Virus record (IMG/VR): IMGVR_UViG_3300008262_000042 | Span: 64,803 to 128,802 of that record | DNA from: a virus | Taxonomy: Duplodnaviria; Heunggongvirae; Uroviricota; Caudoviricetes | DNA: 64,000 nucleotides | Direction: 5' to 3' (one strand) | Shown here: positions 55,759 to 64,000 of the stretch, one piece after another | Position numbering within the stretch: the first letter of the stretch is position 1 | Layout: each line of letters begins with the position of its first letter | The notes under the pieces: generated by a model | Database searches by the model: none | The model's input: only the letters and a program-made list of their open reading frames with translations | Told to the model about the DNA's origin: nothing | Made by a program: the position numbers and the translations under genes

Positions 55759-55786
55759 AAATTAAATCATAAATATTTATATCAAT

Positions 55787-56233
55787 ATGAGTAAACTAGA
55801 TTCTTTTAGAAAATTAATAAGAGAGGAACTTAGAGCAGTTATTAAAGAAGAACTACCTAAGATTCTTAAAGAAAGTGTTATGCAAAAGTCTGACTATAGA
55901 CAACAATTAAAGGAAAAGGTAGAAGGTAAAACAGTGCCATTAACTCTAAATACATCTGTACCAAAACCAAAACCTTCATTTAATACAAAAAATCCATTAG
56001 GTTCTTTATTAAATGAAACAGCTATTTCAATGACAACTGATGATGTTGCTGGTTTTGCAAATACGCAAGGTGGATTTATGGAAGGAATGCATCAAAAAGA
56101 AGCATCAGTTGGTTCTGTAGATGCTATGCTTGCGAGTGCTAAAAGAAGTAGTGCAATAGAGATGGTAGAAATAGATACAGTTCCAGATTTTTCTGGAGTT
56201 ATGAACGCGATGAAGAGTAAAGGCTTAATATAA
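55787..56233 (+). CDS. Hypothetical protein with LIREE..VIKEE leader
   Basis: MSKLDSFRKLIREELRAVIKEE; LLNETA site. Confidence 0.65.
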   Translation: MSKLDSFRKLIREELRAVIKEELPKILKESVMQKSDYRQQLKEKVEGKTVPLTLNTSVPKPKPSFNTKNPLGSLLNETAISMTTDDVAGFANTQGGFMEGMHQKEASVGSVDAMLASAKRSSAIEMVEIDTVPDFSGVMNAMKSKGLI

Positions 56234-56643
56234 TGGCTTACGGACTAAAACAAATATCTCCTATAGACCTTAAACCGTCTACCGCTATTGGCGTAAAACT
56301 ACCATTTTCTGCGGGTAATGTATTCACTAGCGTATATACAACAAAAGAACAGACTAAATATAACTTAATAAACTTTCTTTTAAGTGATCCTAGAGAAACA
56401 CCATTAGTTTTATTCGGTGCAGGTTTAAGATCTTCATTATTTGAGCAGATAACTAGTGATTCTTTAGATGAATTAGAAATGTCTATTACATCTAAAATAG
56501 AATCTAATTTTCCTAATGTAGTTATTAGTCGATTAAGTGTAAGTGGAGATCCAAGTACTTTAGCAATAACAATAAATTTTAGTTATACTTTAAGAAATAC
56601 TAATGAAAATGATAGTATCATAATAAAAATAGAAAACGCATAA
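56233..56643 (+). CDS. gp25: Baseplate wedge subunit, gp25-like
   Basis: T.EQ.KYNLINFLL.DP.E...FGAGL...LFEQ. Confidence 0.8.
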   Translation: MAYGLKQISPIDLKPSTAIGVKLPFSAGNVFTSVYTTKEQTKYNLINFLLSDPRETPLVLFGAGLRSSLFEQITSDSLDELEMSITSKIESNFPNVVISRLSVSGDPSTLAITINFSYTLRNTNENDSIIIKIENA

Positions 56644-56644
56644 A

Positions 56645-58501
56645 ATGGCCAATAAACCAGATATTAAGTACCTAAATAAAGACTTTAATACTTTCAAAAA
56701 TGATTTGATAGAGTATGCGAAATCTTATTTCCCAACGGTATATAATGACTTTACACAAGCATCTCCAGGTAGTATGTTCATAAACATGGCTTCTTATGTA
56801 GGAGATGTATTATCGTTTTATTTAGATAATCAAATACAAGAAACATATGTTCAATATGCGAAACAGAAAAATAATCTATTCGCATTAGCATATACTTTAG
56901 GGTATAAACCAAAAGTAATATCAGCTGCTATAGCAGAATTAGATGTATATCAAGTTATCCCCGCTAAAACTGTTGGAGGATTAAAAACGCCTGATTTTGA
57001 TTATGCATTGATTATACAACCAGGTATGGTAGTATCTTCTAATGTAAATCCATCTGTTGGATTTTATGTATCTGAAAAAGTTGATTTTAGGGTTTCTTCA
57101 TCTTTAGACGAGACAGAGATTACTGTTTATGAAGTAACTGGAAATGGATCCCCTAATTCATATTTGTTAAAAAAGAAAGCTAATGGAATATCTGGTTTAT
57201 TAAAGAATCAGTCATTCTCTTTTGGGTCAGCTGAAAGATTCCCTACGATAACTATAAATGACACAGATATTGTATCAATTGTAAGCGCCGTAGATTCTTC
57301 AGGCAACACTTGGTATGAAGTTCCATATTTAGCGCAAGATTATATATACAATCCAGTAGCTAATACGTTTTCTAATTACCCAGGAATGTATCAAGATTCT
57401 TATCAAGTTCCTTATATTTTAGAGAAAGTAAAAGTTGATCGTAGATTTACAACTAGATTTACTAGCAATGAATCATTAGTTATAGAGTTTGGTCCAGGTG
57501 TTAATAGCGTTGCTGATGAAGTTATACTACCTAATCCTGCAACAGTAGGAATTGGCTTAACTTCAGGATCTGATACGATTAATACAGCTTTCGATCCTAC
57601 AAACTTTGTAACTACAAAAACATACGGTATAGCTCCATCAAATACATCTATTACATTTACATACTTAGCTGGTGGAGGCGCTAGATATAATGTTTTATCT
57701 AATGAATTAACGGTTCCAAGCAATATTGTAGCAACAGGTATTAATACAACTAATGTTGGAACAGTAACAATAAATAATCCTAATCCTGCTACAGGTGGAG
57801 GTGATGGAGATACGGTAGAAGATCTTAGATTAAATATACAAGCGACTTTTGCAAGTCAAATGAGAGCAGTTACTCAAGATGATTACTTAGTTAAAGCTAC
57901 TTCAATGCCCGCAAAATATGGTAAAGTATCTAAAGCATATATTACAAAAGATGATTCTACATTTGCAAACTACTATAAAGGTGACCCATCAAATAAAGAT
58001 AATTCATTAGTTAGTATGTACGTTCTTGGATTAGATTCTAATGGAAATTTAGCTACTCCAACGAATGCGTTATTAACTAATTTACAAACATATCTTAATG
58101 ACTTTAGAATGATGACAGACGCCATTAATCTAAAATCAGCATATATAATTAATTTAGGTTGCAACTTTGATATTACAATAAGACCAAACTATGTTGGACA
58201 AGATGTAGTAGCGAGGTGTATAGTTCAATTAAAGGATTTCTTCAATATAGATAATTGGCAAATAAATGAGCCTATTATAATATCAGATATTTATATTCTA
58301 CTTGATAGAGTAGATGGTGTTCAAACAGTAAAAAATGTTGAACTAGTAAATAAAACTGGTGTATCTAACGGATATTCATTATATTCATATGATATTAGTG
58401 CTGCAACAGTAAATGGAGTCGTATATCCTAGTTTAGATCCATCTATATTCGAAGTTAAGTTCTTAGATACAGATATTCAAGGTCGTGTTGTTACATACTA
58501 A
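56645..58501 (+). CDS. gp6: Baseplate wedge subunit, gp6-like
   Basis: KDFNTFKNDLI.YAK.YFP..YNDF..ASPG.MFI..ASYVGDVLSFYLD; GG.DGDT.E.LR; Q.RAVT.DDY. Confidence 0.85.
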   Translation: MANKPDIKYLNKDFNTFKNDLIEYAKSYFPTVYNDFTQASPGSMFINMASYVGDVLSFYLDNQIQETYVQYAKQKNNLFALAYTLGYKPKVISAAIAELDVYQVIPAKTVGGLKTPDFDYALIIQPGMVVSSNVNPSVGFYVSEKVDFRVSSSLDETEITVYEVTGNGSPNSYLLKKKANGISGLLKNQSFSFGSAERFPTITINDTDIVSIVSAVDSSGNTWYEVPYLAQDYIYNPVANTFSNYPGMYQDSYQVPYILEKVKVDRRFTTRFTSNESLVIEFGPGVNSVADEVILPNPATVGIGLTSGSDTINTAFDPTNFVTTKTYGIAPSNTSITFTYLAGGGARYNVLSNELTVPSNIVATGINTTNVGTVTINNPNPATGGGDGDTVEDLRLNIQATFASQMRAVTQDDYLVKATSMPAKYGKVSKAYITKDDSTFANYYKGDPSNKDNSLVSMYVLGLDSNGNLATPTNALLTNLQTYLNDFRMMTDAINLKSAYIINLGCNFDITIRPNYVGQDVVARCIVQLKDFFNIDNWQINEPIIISDIYILLDRVDGVQTVKNVELVNKTGVSNGYSLYSYDISAATVNGVVYPSLDPSIFEVKFLDTDIQGRVVTY

Positions 58502-58520
58502 TAGATTTAAAAAGAAATAA

Positions 58521-59621
58521 ATGGCAATATATAAAATATTCTCATCGCAAGACGCTAGTATATATTCTAAGTTCCCCGCTATGAATACAGGACTAGATGA
58601 AATATTAGAAGTATCAGTAAAAAATAGTGAAGATCAAACAAATAGCTTAGTAGCAGGATATGGACCTATTTTATCTGATGACTTAAGAAGATCTATTATT
58701 AAATTTTCTGATGTTGATCTAGACTTAATTAAGCAATACGCTTCAGGATCTTGGAAAACTTATTTAAAACTGTATATTGCTAATGCAGAAAATCTATCTA
58801 CTGATTATACTTTAGAAATAAGACAAGTATCGCAGTCTTGGTCAATGGGTACAGGACACTTTGGAGATTCTCCACAAACTAGAAATGGAGTTTGTTGGTA
58901 TAATACATCTGCATACTATAGTAGTGTTACAGATTGGATAAATCCATCATACTATTTAACTTCTGGTGGTGGATCTTGGACTAATACATTTGCAACTCAA
59001 TCTTTTAATAACGAATCTAGCAAAGATGTTGAAGCTGATGTTACTTCTATAGTTAGCACATGGTTCAATGATTCAGCGCCTAATAACGGATTTTTAATTA
59101 AGCATCCTACTGCGGTAGAAAATAATTCAGGTAGTTATATAGCTATAAACTTTTTTAGTAATGATACACATACTATATATCCTCCAACTCTTGAAATGCG
59201 TTGGGATGACAGCGTATACATTACTGGAAGTTTAAGCGTTCTATCAGATAGCAACTCTGTTGTCACATTAGCTAATAATTTAAGTGTATATAAAACAGAT
59301 ACTACTCTATATAAATTTAGAGTTAACGCTAGAGATAAATATCCAACTAGAGTATTCACCACATCATCTCTATATACTACTAATAAAAGATTACCACAAA
59401 CCTCTTATTGGTCATTAATAGATGCAAAAACTAATGACATAGTTATAGATTTTGATGATAACTATACTAAAATAAGCTGCGATGGAACAAGTAGCTATTT
59501 TAATATGTATATGAATGGATTAGAACCCGAAAGATATTATAAAATATTAATATCTTCTGCTCTACCTTCAGGAGAAAAGGTTGTGTATGATAATGATTAT
59601 ATATTTAAAGTAATTAATTAA
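58521..59621 (+). CDS. Baseplate wedge-associated beta-sandwich protein
   Basis: IF..QDASIYS..P..NTGLDEILE; SW.MGTG; NNGFLIK; FFS.DT.TIYPP.LE..WDD. Confidence 0.6.
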   Translation: MAIYKIFSSQDASIYSKFPAMNTGLDEILEVSVKNSEDQTNSLVAGYGPILSDDLRRSIIKFSDVDLDLIKQYASGSWKTYLKLYIANAENLSTDYTLEIRQVSQSWSMGTGHFGDSPQTRNGVCWYNTSAYYSSVTDWINPSYYLTSGGGSWTNTFATQSFNNESSKDVEADVTSIVSTWFNDSAPNNGFLIKHPTAVENNSGSYIAINFFSNDTHTIYPPTLEMRWDDSVYITGSLSVLSDSNSVVTLANNLSVYKTDTTLYKFRVNARDKYPTRVFTTSSLYTTNKRLPQTSYWSLIDAKTNDIVIDFDDNYTKISCDGTSSYFNMYMNGLEPERYYKILISSALPSGEKVVYDNDYIFKVIN

Positions 59622-59962
59622 TGTCAAAGGTAGATTTAATCAAAAAAGTTAGAGGTGTCAATACTTACACAAAAGCAATTGATACTGAGTTTACTGAGCT
59701 TATTAGTCCAGAGGTTCCAACTGTAGAAGAAGCTGTAACTGTAGAAAGATTTTTTGAGTTATATGATCAATTATTTTTCGATATACCTGTAGAAGGTGAA
59801 ATAAACTCTCATAAGTATATTATAGAAAGAAGTACTCAATATTTAGGCGGTTCTATATTTGATGCAGAAAAAGCAGCTTTAGTAGAAGAAATCAATTCAC
59901 TTAGACAACAACTTATTGAGTTAGGTAATACATTTACAACAATAAATAACATAAGCGCATAA
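59621..59962 (+). CDS. Baseplate-cluster small protein
   Basis: FFELYDQLFFDIP..G..NSH.YIIERS motif; overlaps both neighbours by 1 nt. Confidence 0.6.
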   Translation: MSKVDLIKKVRGVNTYTKAIDTEFTELISPEVPTVEEAVTVERFFELYDQLFFDIPVEGEINSHKYIIERSTQYLGGSIFDAEKAALVEEINSLRQQLIELGNTFTTINNISA

Positions 59963-62900
59963 TGGAATTAGTTAATATTTTTTATAAAGGTGCTGGGGTT
60001 TCATATCAAGACTATAATACGTCAGACGATAATCTTGTAATATCTAACTATATATTCTCATCTTATGGCGCAGTTGATGATACGATAGAGTATGTAATAT
60101 ACGATGAAACTGGTCAGTTTTTAGATATTAATTATGATCTTAAGGATTATAAACCAGAGAGTGATAGCGTAAATCCTGTAACTAATACATATTCTTCTTT
60201 ACAACTAGATCCAAAAAAGAATTTAAGTGATTTAGGATATGACAGAGGTCTATTAAACATACAATATAACTTCTTAAAGAATCTATTTAATTCAAGTTAT
60301 CTAAACAACTACTGGATTAAAGAAATTTCTACGTCTAGAACAGAGTTAAAATTAGCTAGTCAAGTAATAAGTAATGATAGTATAGTTGACGGGTTTAATA
60401 ACTTTCAAACTTATATCGCAAATAAAAACTATTTTGCGGACTTCTATCTAAATTTTGGTTTAAATAGATTAGTAATCGCAAATAATGTTGCTTTATTTAC
60501 CGAAGGAGAAGAGACATTCTTATTAGTAAAACTTTATGAACCTCTTCCAGTAGATTTTAATGTAAAAACAACTTTATGGATTGTTGATAAACTTGCAGAG
60601 TCTGTTAGTTTTGACGTAGATACACAAGTAGAAGCAGAAGAGGTAATATTAGAGAATAAACTTAGAGGACCTAATTTTAAAATTAAAGTATCTGATAGAG
60701 TTGGTCAAACTACTCCATATTACACATATGATGCATTATTTTCTAGTACTGTATCATCATCTATGCAAAAGTTATCTAGCTATTATGATGATAAGGCTAT
60801 AGCTATAAACGTAGATTACACTAATTTTTCTAATTTTATACATTTTTCTAGCGCTGTTGAAAGGCTAAATAACTTTGCATATAAATTAAGATTAATAGAA
60901 GATTACCAAAGTGAATTAAACGAATCTCTAACGTTCACTAGTATGAGCGCTAATACGCTATCTTCGGTAACCCAATCAAATATATTGATTCAAAATAATA
61001 TAGATAATATCATTAAAAAATTCGATACTTACGAATACTATCTATACTATAGTTCAGAATCTTTTGCGTGGCCAAAAAGTACTAGTACTGTACCTTATAA
61101 GTTATATTCAGTGACTTCGTCTGAAGCTATATCTTGGTTAGGATCGGTAGACAGCATGCCAACCAACACTTCAGTGTCTATGTTGTATTCTGCTTCATTT
61201 TACGATGATACGAATAAAGATAAATTATCTAATGCTATTCCTCAATATCTTTTAGATGATCCAAATAATGCTCCATATGTCACATTTATTGATATGGTTG
61301 CGCAACACTTCGATAATATTTGGTTATACTATAAAGACGTAAGCAATCGATATGATTCTAGTAACAACCCTAATACGGGAGTGTCTATGGATTTAGTTGC
61401 AGATTCATTAAGAGCATTAGGTATCAAATTATACACAAATACAAGTGTATCAGATAACCTATATTACACATTATTTGGAGTAAATCCTGATGGATCTTTA
61501 CTACCTCCTACAGGTTCTGAATTAATCAACTCTTATGTAACTTCTAGTATCGATACAATATCTTCTAATGATCTTGAAAAAGAAACATATAAGAGAATTT
61601 ATCATAATTTACCGTATCTCTTAAAAACAAAAGGTACGCAAAGAGGAATAAAAGCTTTAATAGCTTGTTATGGTATTCCAGAAAGTATATTAAGCGTTAA
61701 TGAATTTGGTGGTAATAATAGATATACTGGAAGCGGTATATATGAAATAAATGATGAAAAGATAAATGTAATAACAGCTAGCGCTCAAATACAATCAAAT
61801 CTTTTATATCCTACGACAACATTACAAAAATATAATACCGATTATAGATTAAATACTACTGATATTGAAGTTGGATTTTCTCCTTCTGACGCTATTAATG
61901 CTAATTTTGTATCTTCATCTGGATTTGTTAGTCTTGATCAATTAATAGGAAATCCTGAATACCAAACACTTAGTACATATCCTGCTTTAGAGGAAGAAAA
62001 GAAATCTTATTTTAGTACTTACACATATCCTCATAGCATTTGGGAATACATGAGACTTGTTAAATATTACAATAACTCATTATTTAAAATGATTAAGGAC
62101 TATGTACCAGCTAGATCAAATACATCTACTGGTATAATAATCAAAAGTCATATCCTAGAGCGTAATAAGTACGCTAGGCACGAACCAAGTATGAGCTTTG
62201 ATAATAACCTATCAGAGTCAATAGATATGCTAACCATCAGCGCGGGTGACGCAATGGCGATATTTCAATCTACAGCGTGGTCTAATAATGTAATGACTCC
62301 TTTAGGATTTGCCGCTTATAGTTCTTCACAAGATGTAGAAAAGTATAATGGAGAATTTAGTGGTAGCTTCATACAAGTAACTAATGGAGATGCTATATCA
62401 CAAACAGAATTATCAAAAAATTCTAGTGGATCTTCTCAAAATATACAAATTAACTATGGAGCTATTTATCAAAATGTTAGTTCATCTGTAAGATCAACTA
62501 GGTTTTTAGATTTAGACTACTCTTATGATCAATCGATGCCCGTTAATTTAGGATTGATAACGCAATCTATATCTCAATCGCAAGGTGATAACTATAATAC
62601 ATACACTAATCTATATAATCCTTATGCTCAACTGCAAGATACTAATTATGCTAGCAGGGCATTTACAGAGCCTAGATACTATGGATCAAAGACTATAAGT
62701 AAATTATATAATACTTATACAGGACCTGCAAGAAGTTCAATTGAAGAAACTGCATTTAGTTTTACAGAAACTAATCCTGGTGGTTTAGCGTGGTTTTATT
62801 TTGCAATACAGCCTACAACTTACTCTAATCCTAATATAATAGGATTATCGAATATTCAAGTATATTTAGGCGGATACGGACTAATTAATCCAAGCGATTA

Positions 62901-64000
62901 TACATATTATCCTGATACAGGCACTATAATATTTACTCCAGGAGGATATTTTCCTCCTATACCAACATATATAAGAGTAACCTCTAATGTTGAAGTAGAT
63001 ACATCTTATACAGGAGATAAATCTTATGGTAAAACAGCAGCTATTGATAAAATAAAAAATAGTTTTGCGTATTTAAAAGATATATATACATCATCAATAT
63101 ACTTCCCTGGTAGAAGTAATGCACAAATTAAATACTTAATAGATAGCAATGAAAATGTATTAGATTTAACTAAAAGAAATTCTAATATCTTCGATATTCA
63201 AAACGTATTTAAGAGTGGTGAAAATTGTGATGTAGCATTATTTCAATATGATGAATTGAATCCTTATTCGCAAATATTAGCAAATAATTCAACATTAAAA
63301 ATATATGATGGAGGATTTAGATATTTGCCTATATTACATAATTTAGGCGGAAATATGACGTCTTCTAGCTTTAATTTTGATGATCCAATTACTGTAGAAA
63401 CGCCTTACGTAGAACCCGGAGGGAATTACAATCCTAATGATCCTATTTGGAATGTCTCAAATTGGAGTTTACCTGTTAGATTTTATAATTCTTCAACTCC
63501 ATTTGAATATTTTGGTGCTGTAGTATACTATAATGCCACATGGCCTACAAATGTAACAGCTAGTGTAACTATTACTATGCCACCAATTACACCAGGTACT
63601 GCACCGACTTTAACTACAAACTTAGTTATAACAGCATCTAATTCAGTATATAGCGCAACTAATACCTCTAATGCTATATTTACAGTCACTGCAAATCCTG
63701 GTAGATATAGCACATCTTCTATGTATATATCAATATTGCAGCCAACTGGTTCTGGCATAGTCGCAAGTTCTGGATCTAGTATATCATATACATCACAAAC
63801 TAGTACTACACAAACTTGTTTATATTATAGCACTTCATCAAATCAAATAGTTATAAAGCTATCTGATTATGATAATCAACTTTCTACAGAAGACATTTAT
63901 ACTAATAATCAACCAATATTTGATTCTAATAGCGATTCTACTTGGAAAACATCAAATTTAGTCGGATTAGAGGGAAATTTAGAAAGAGTAGTATACCCGT
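59962..64000 (+). CDS. Large baseplate wedge protein, gp7/P2-I-like (partial, >1340 aa)
   Basis: Not in the ORF track because it runs off the edge. Starts MELVNIFYKG; in-frame LPYLLKTKGTQRGIKALIACYGIP..INEFGG; same frame open at the window end (VGLEGNLERVVYP). Not every codon was checked for stops. Confidence 0.75.
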   Translation, partial: MELVNIFYKGAGVSYQDYNTSDDNLVISNYIFSSYGAVDDTIEYVIYDETGQFLDINYDLKDYKPESDSVNPVTNTYSSLQLDPKKNLSDLGYDRGLLNIQYNFLKNLFNSSYLNNYWIKEISTSRTELKLASQVISNDSIVDGFNNFQTYIANKNYFADFYLNFGLNRLVIANNVALFTEGEETFLLVKLYEPLPVDFNVKTTLWIVDKLAESVSFDVDTQVEAEEVILENKLRGPNFKIKVSDRVGQTTPYYTYDALFSSTVSSSMQKLSSYYDDKAIAINVDYTNFSNFIHFSSAVERLNNFAYKLRLIEDYQSELNESLTFTSMSANTLSSVTQSNILIQNNIDNIIKKFDTYEYYLYYSSESFAWPKSTSTVPYKLYSVTSSEAISWLGSVDSMPTNTSVSMLYSASFYDDTNKDKLSNAIPQYLLDDPNNAPYVTFIDMVAQHFDNIWLYYKDVSNRYDSSNNPNTGVSMDLVADSLRALGIKLYTNTSVSDNLYYTLFGVNPDGSLLPPTGSELINSYVTSSIDTISSNDLEKETYKRIYHNLPYLLKTKGTQRGIKALIACYGIPESILSVNEFGGNNRYTGSGIYEINDEKINVITASAQIQSNLLYPTTTLQKYNTDYRLNTTDIEVGFSPSDAINANFVSSSGFVSLDQLIGNPEYQTLSTYPALEEEKKSYFSTYTYPHSIWEYMRLVKYYNNSLFKMIKDYVPARSNTSTGIIIKSHILERNKYARHEPSMSFDNNLSESIDMLTISAGDAMAIFQSTAWSNNVMTPLGFAAYSSSQDVEKYNGEFSGSFIQVTNGDAISQTELSKNSSGSSQNIQINYGAIYQNVSSSVRSTRFLDLDYSYDQSMPVNLGLITQSISQSQGDNYNTYTNLYNPYAQLQDTNYASRAFTEPRYYGSKTISKLYNTYTGPARSSIEETAFSFTETNPGGLAWFYFAIQPTTYSNPNIIGLSNIQVYLGGYGLINPSDYTYYPDTGTIIFTPGGYFPPIPTYIRVTSNVEVDTSYTGDKSYGKTAAIDKIKNSFAYLKDIYTSSIYFPGRSNAQIKYLIDSNENVLDLTKRNSNIFDIQNVFKSGENCDVALFQYDELNPYSQILANNSTLKIYDGGFRYLPILHNLGGNMTSSSFNFDDPITVETPYVEPGGNYNPNDPIWNVSNWSLPVRFYNSSTPFEYFGAVVYYNATWPTNVTASVTITMPPITPGTAPTLTTNLVITASNSVYSATNTSNAIFTVTANPGRYSTSSMYISILQPTGSGIVASSGSSISYTSQTSTTQTCLYYSTSSNQIVIKLSDYDNQLSTEDIYTNNQPIFDSNSDSTWKTSNLVGLEGNLERVVYP

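Noticed and set aside
57412-63758. Minus-strand ORFs within baseplate genes
   Set aside because: Shadows of long, well-supported plus-strand CDSs.
1-64000. tRNA genes and stop-codon reassignment
   Set aside because: No GTTCGA/CCA-type tRNA pattern noticed by eye (tRNAscan-SE not run); conserved genes translate intact with code 11.

Overview
The window is the morphogenesis core of a large, AT-rich T4-like myovirus (contractile-tailed phage). The host is probably a Bacteroidota member; this is inferred from A-rich leaders without Shine-Dalgarno sites and a Bacteroidota-style lipoprotein. Minus strand, 1-49.4 kb: tail sheath (runs off the left edge), a metzincin lipoprotein, a ~14 kb G/S/T-rich fibre/adhesin island with four tandem paralogous fibres (one frameshifted), neck/tail-completion genes (gp15/14/13-like), PhoH, a GIY-YIG endonuclease, major capsid, scaffold, prohead protease, portal, large terminase, a ~10 kb block of about 20 accessory genes, an Mre11-Rad50 fusion and a primase. 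Plus strand, from 49.7 kb: glutaredoxin, HD hydrolase, a gp55-like sigma factor and baseplate genes (the last runs off the right edge). The most interesting signal is a candidate capsid cargo-loading system. Most accessory proteins start with, or are punctuated by, (I/L)xxL(L/x)xE leaders matching T4-type prohead-protease sites. Three tandem genes begin with a copy of the scaffold's C-terminal RxQxLAGIxK motif. The candidate cargo includes a PD-(D/E)xK-like nuclease, a KxDG ligase-like enzyme next to a HIGH nucleotidyltransferase, a zincin-HAD fusion and a HiPIP-like protein; a ferritin-like protein lies in the same block but lacks a clear leader. Other signals are an upstream motif that is the reverse complement of the T4 late promoter, a self-contained endonuclease cassette, and a candidate structured RNA at the strand switch. 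All family and DUF assignments come from motif recognition and recall, not database searches.
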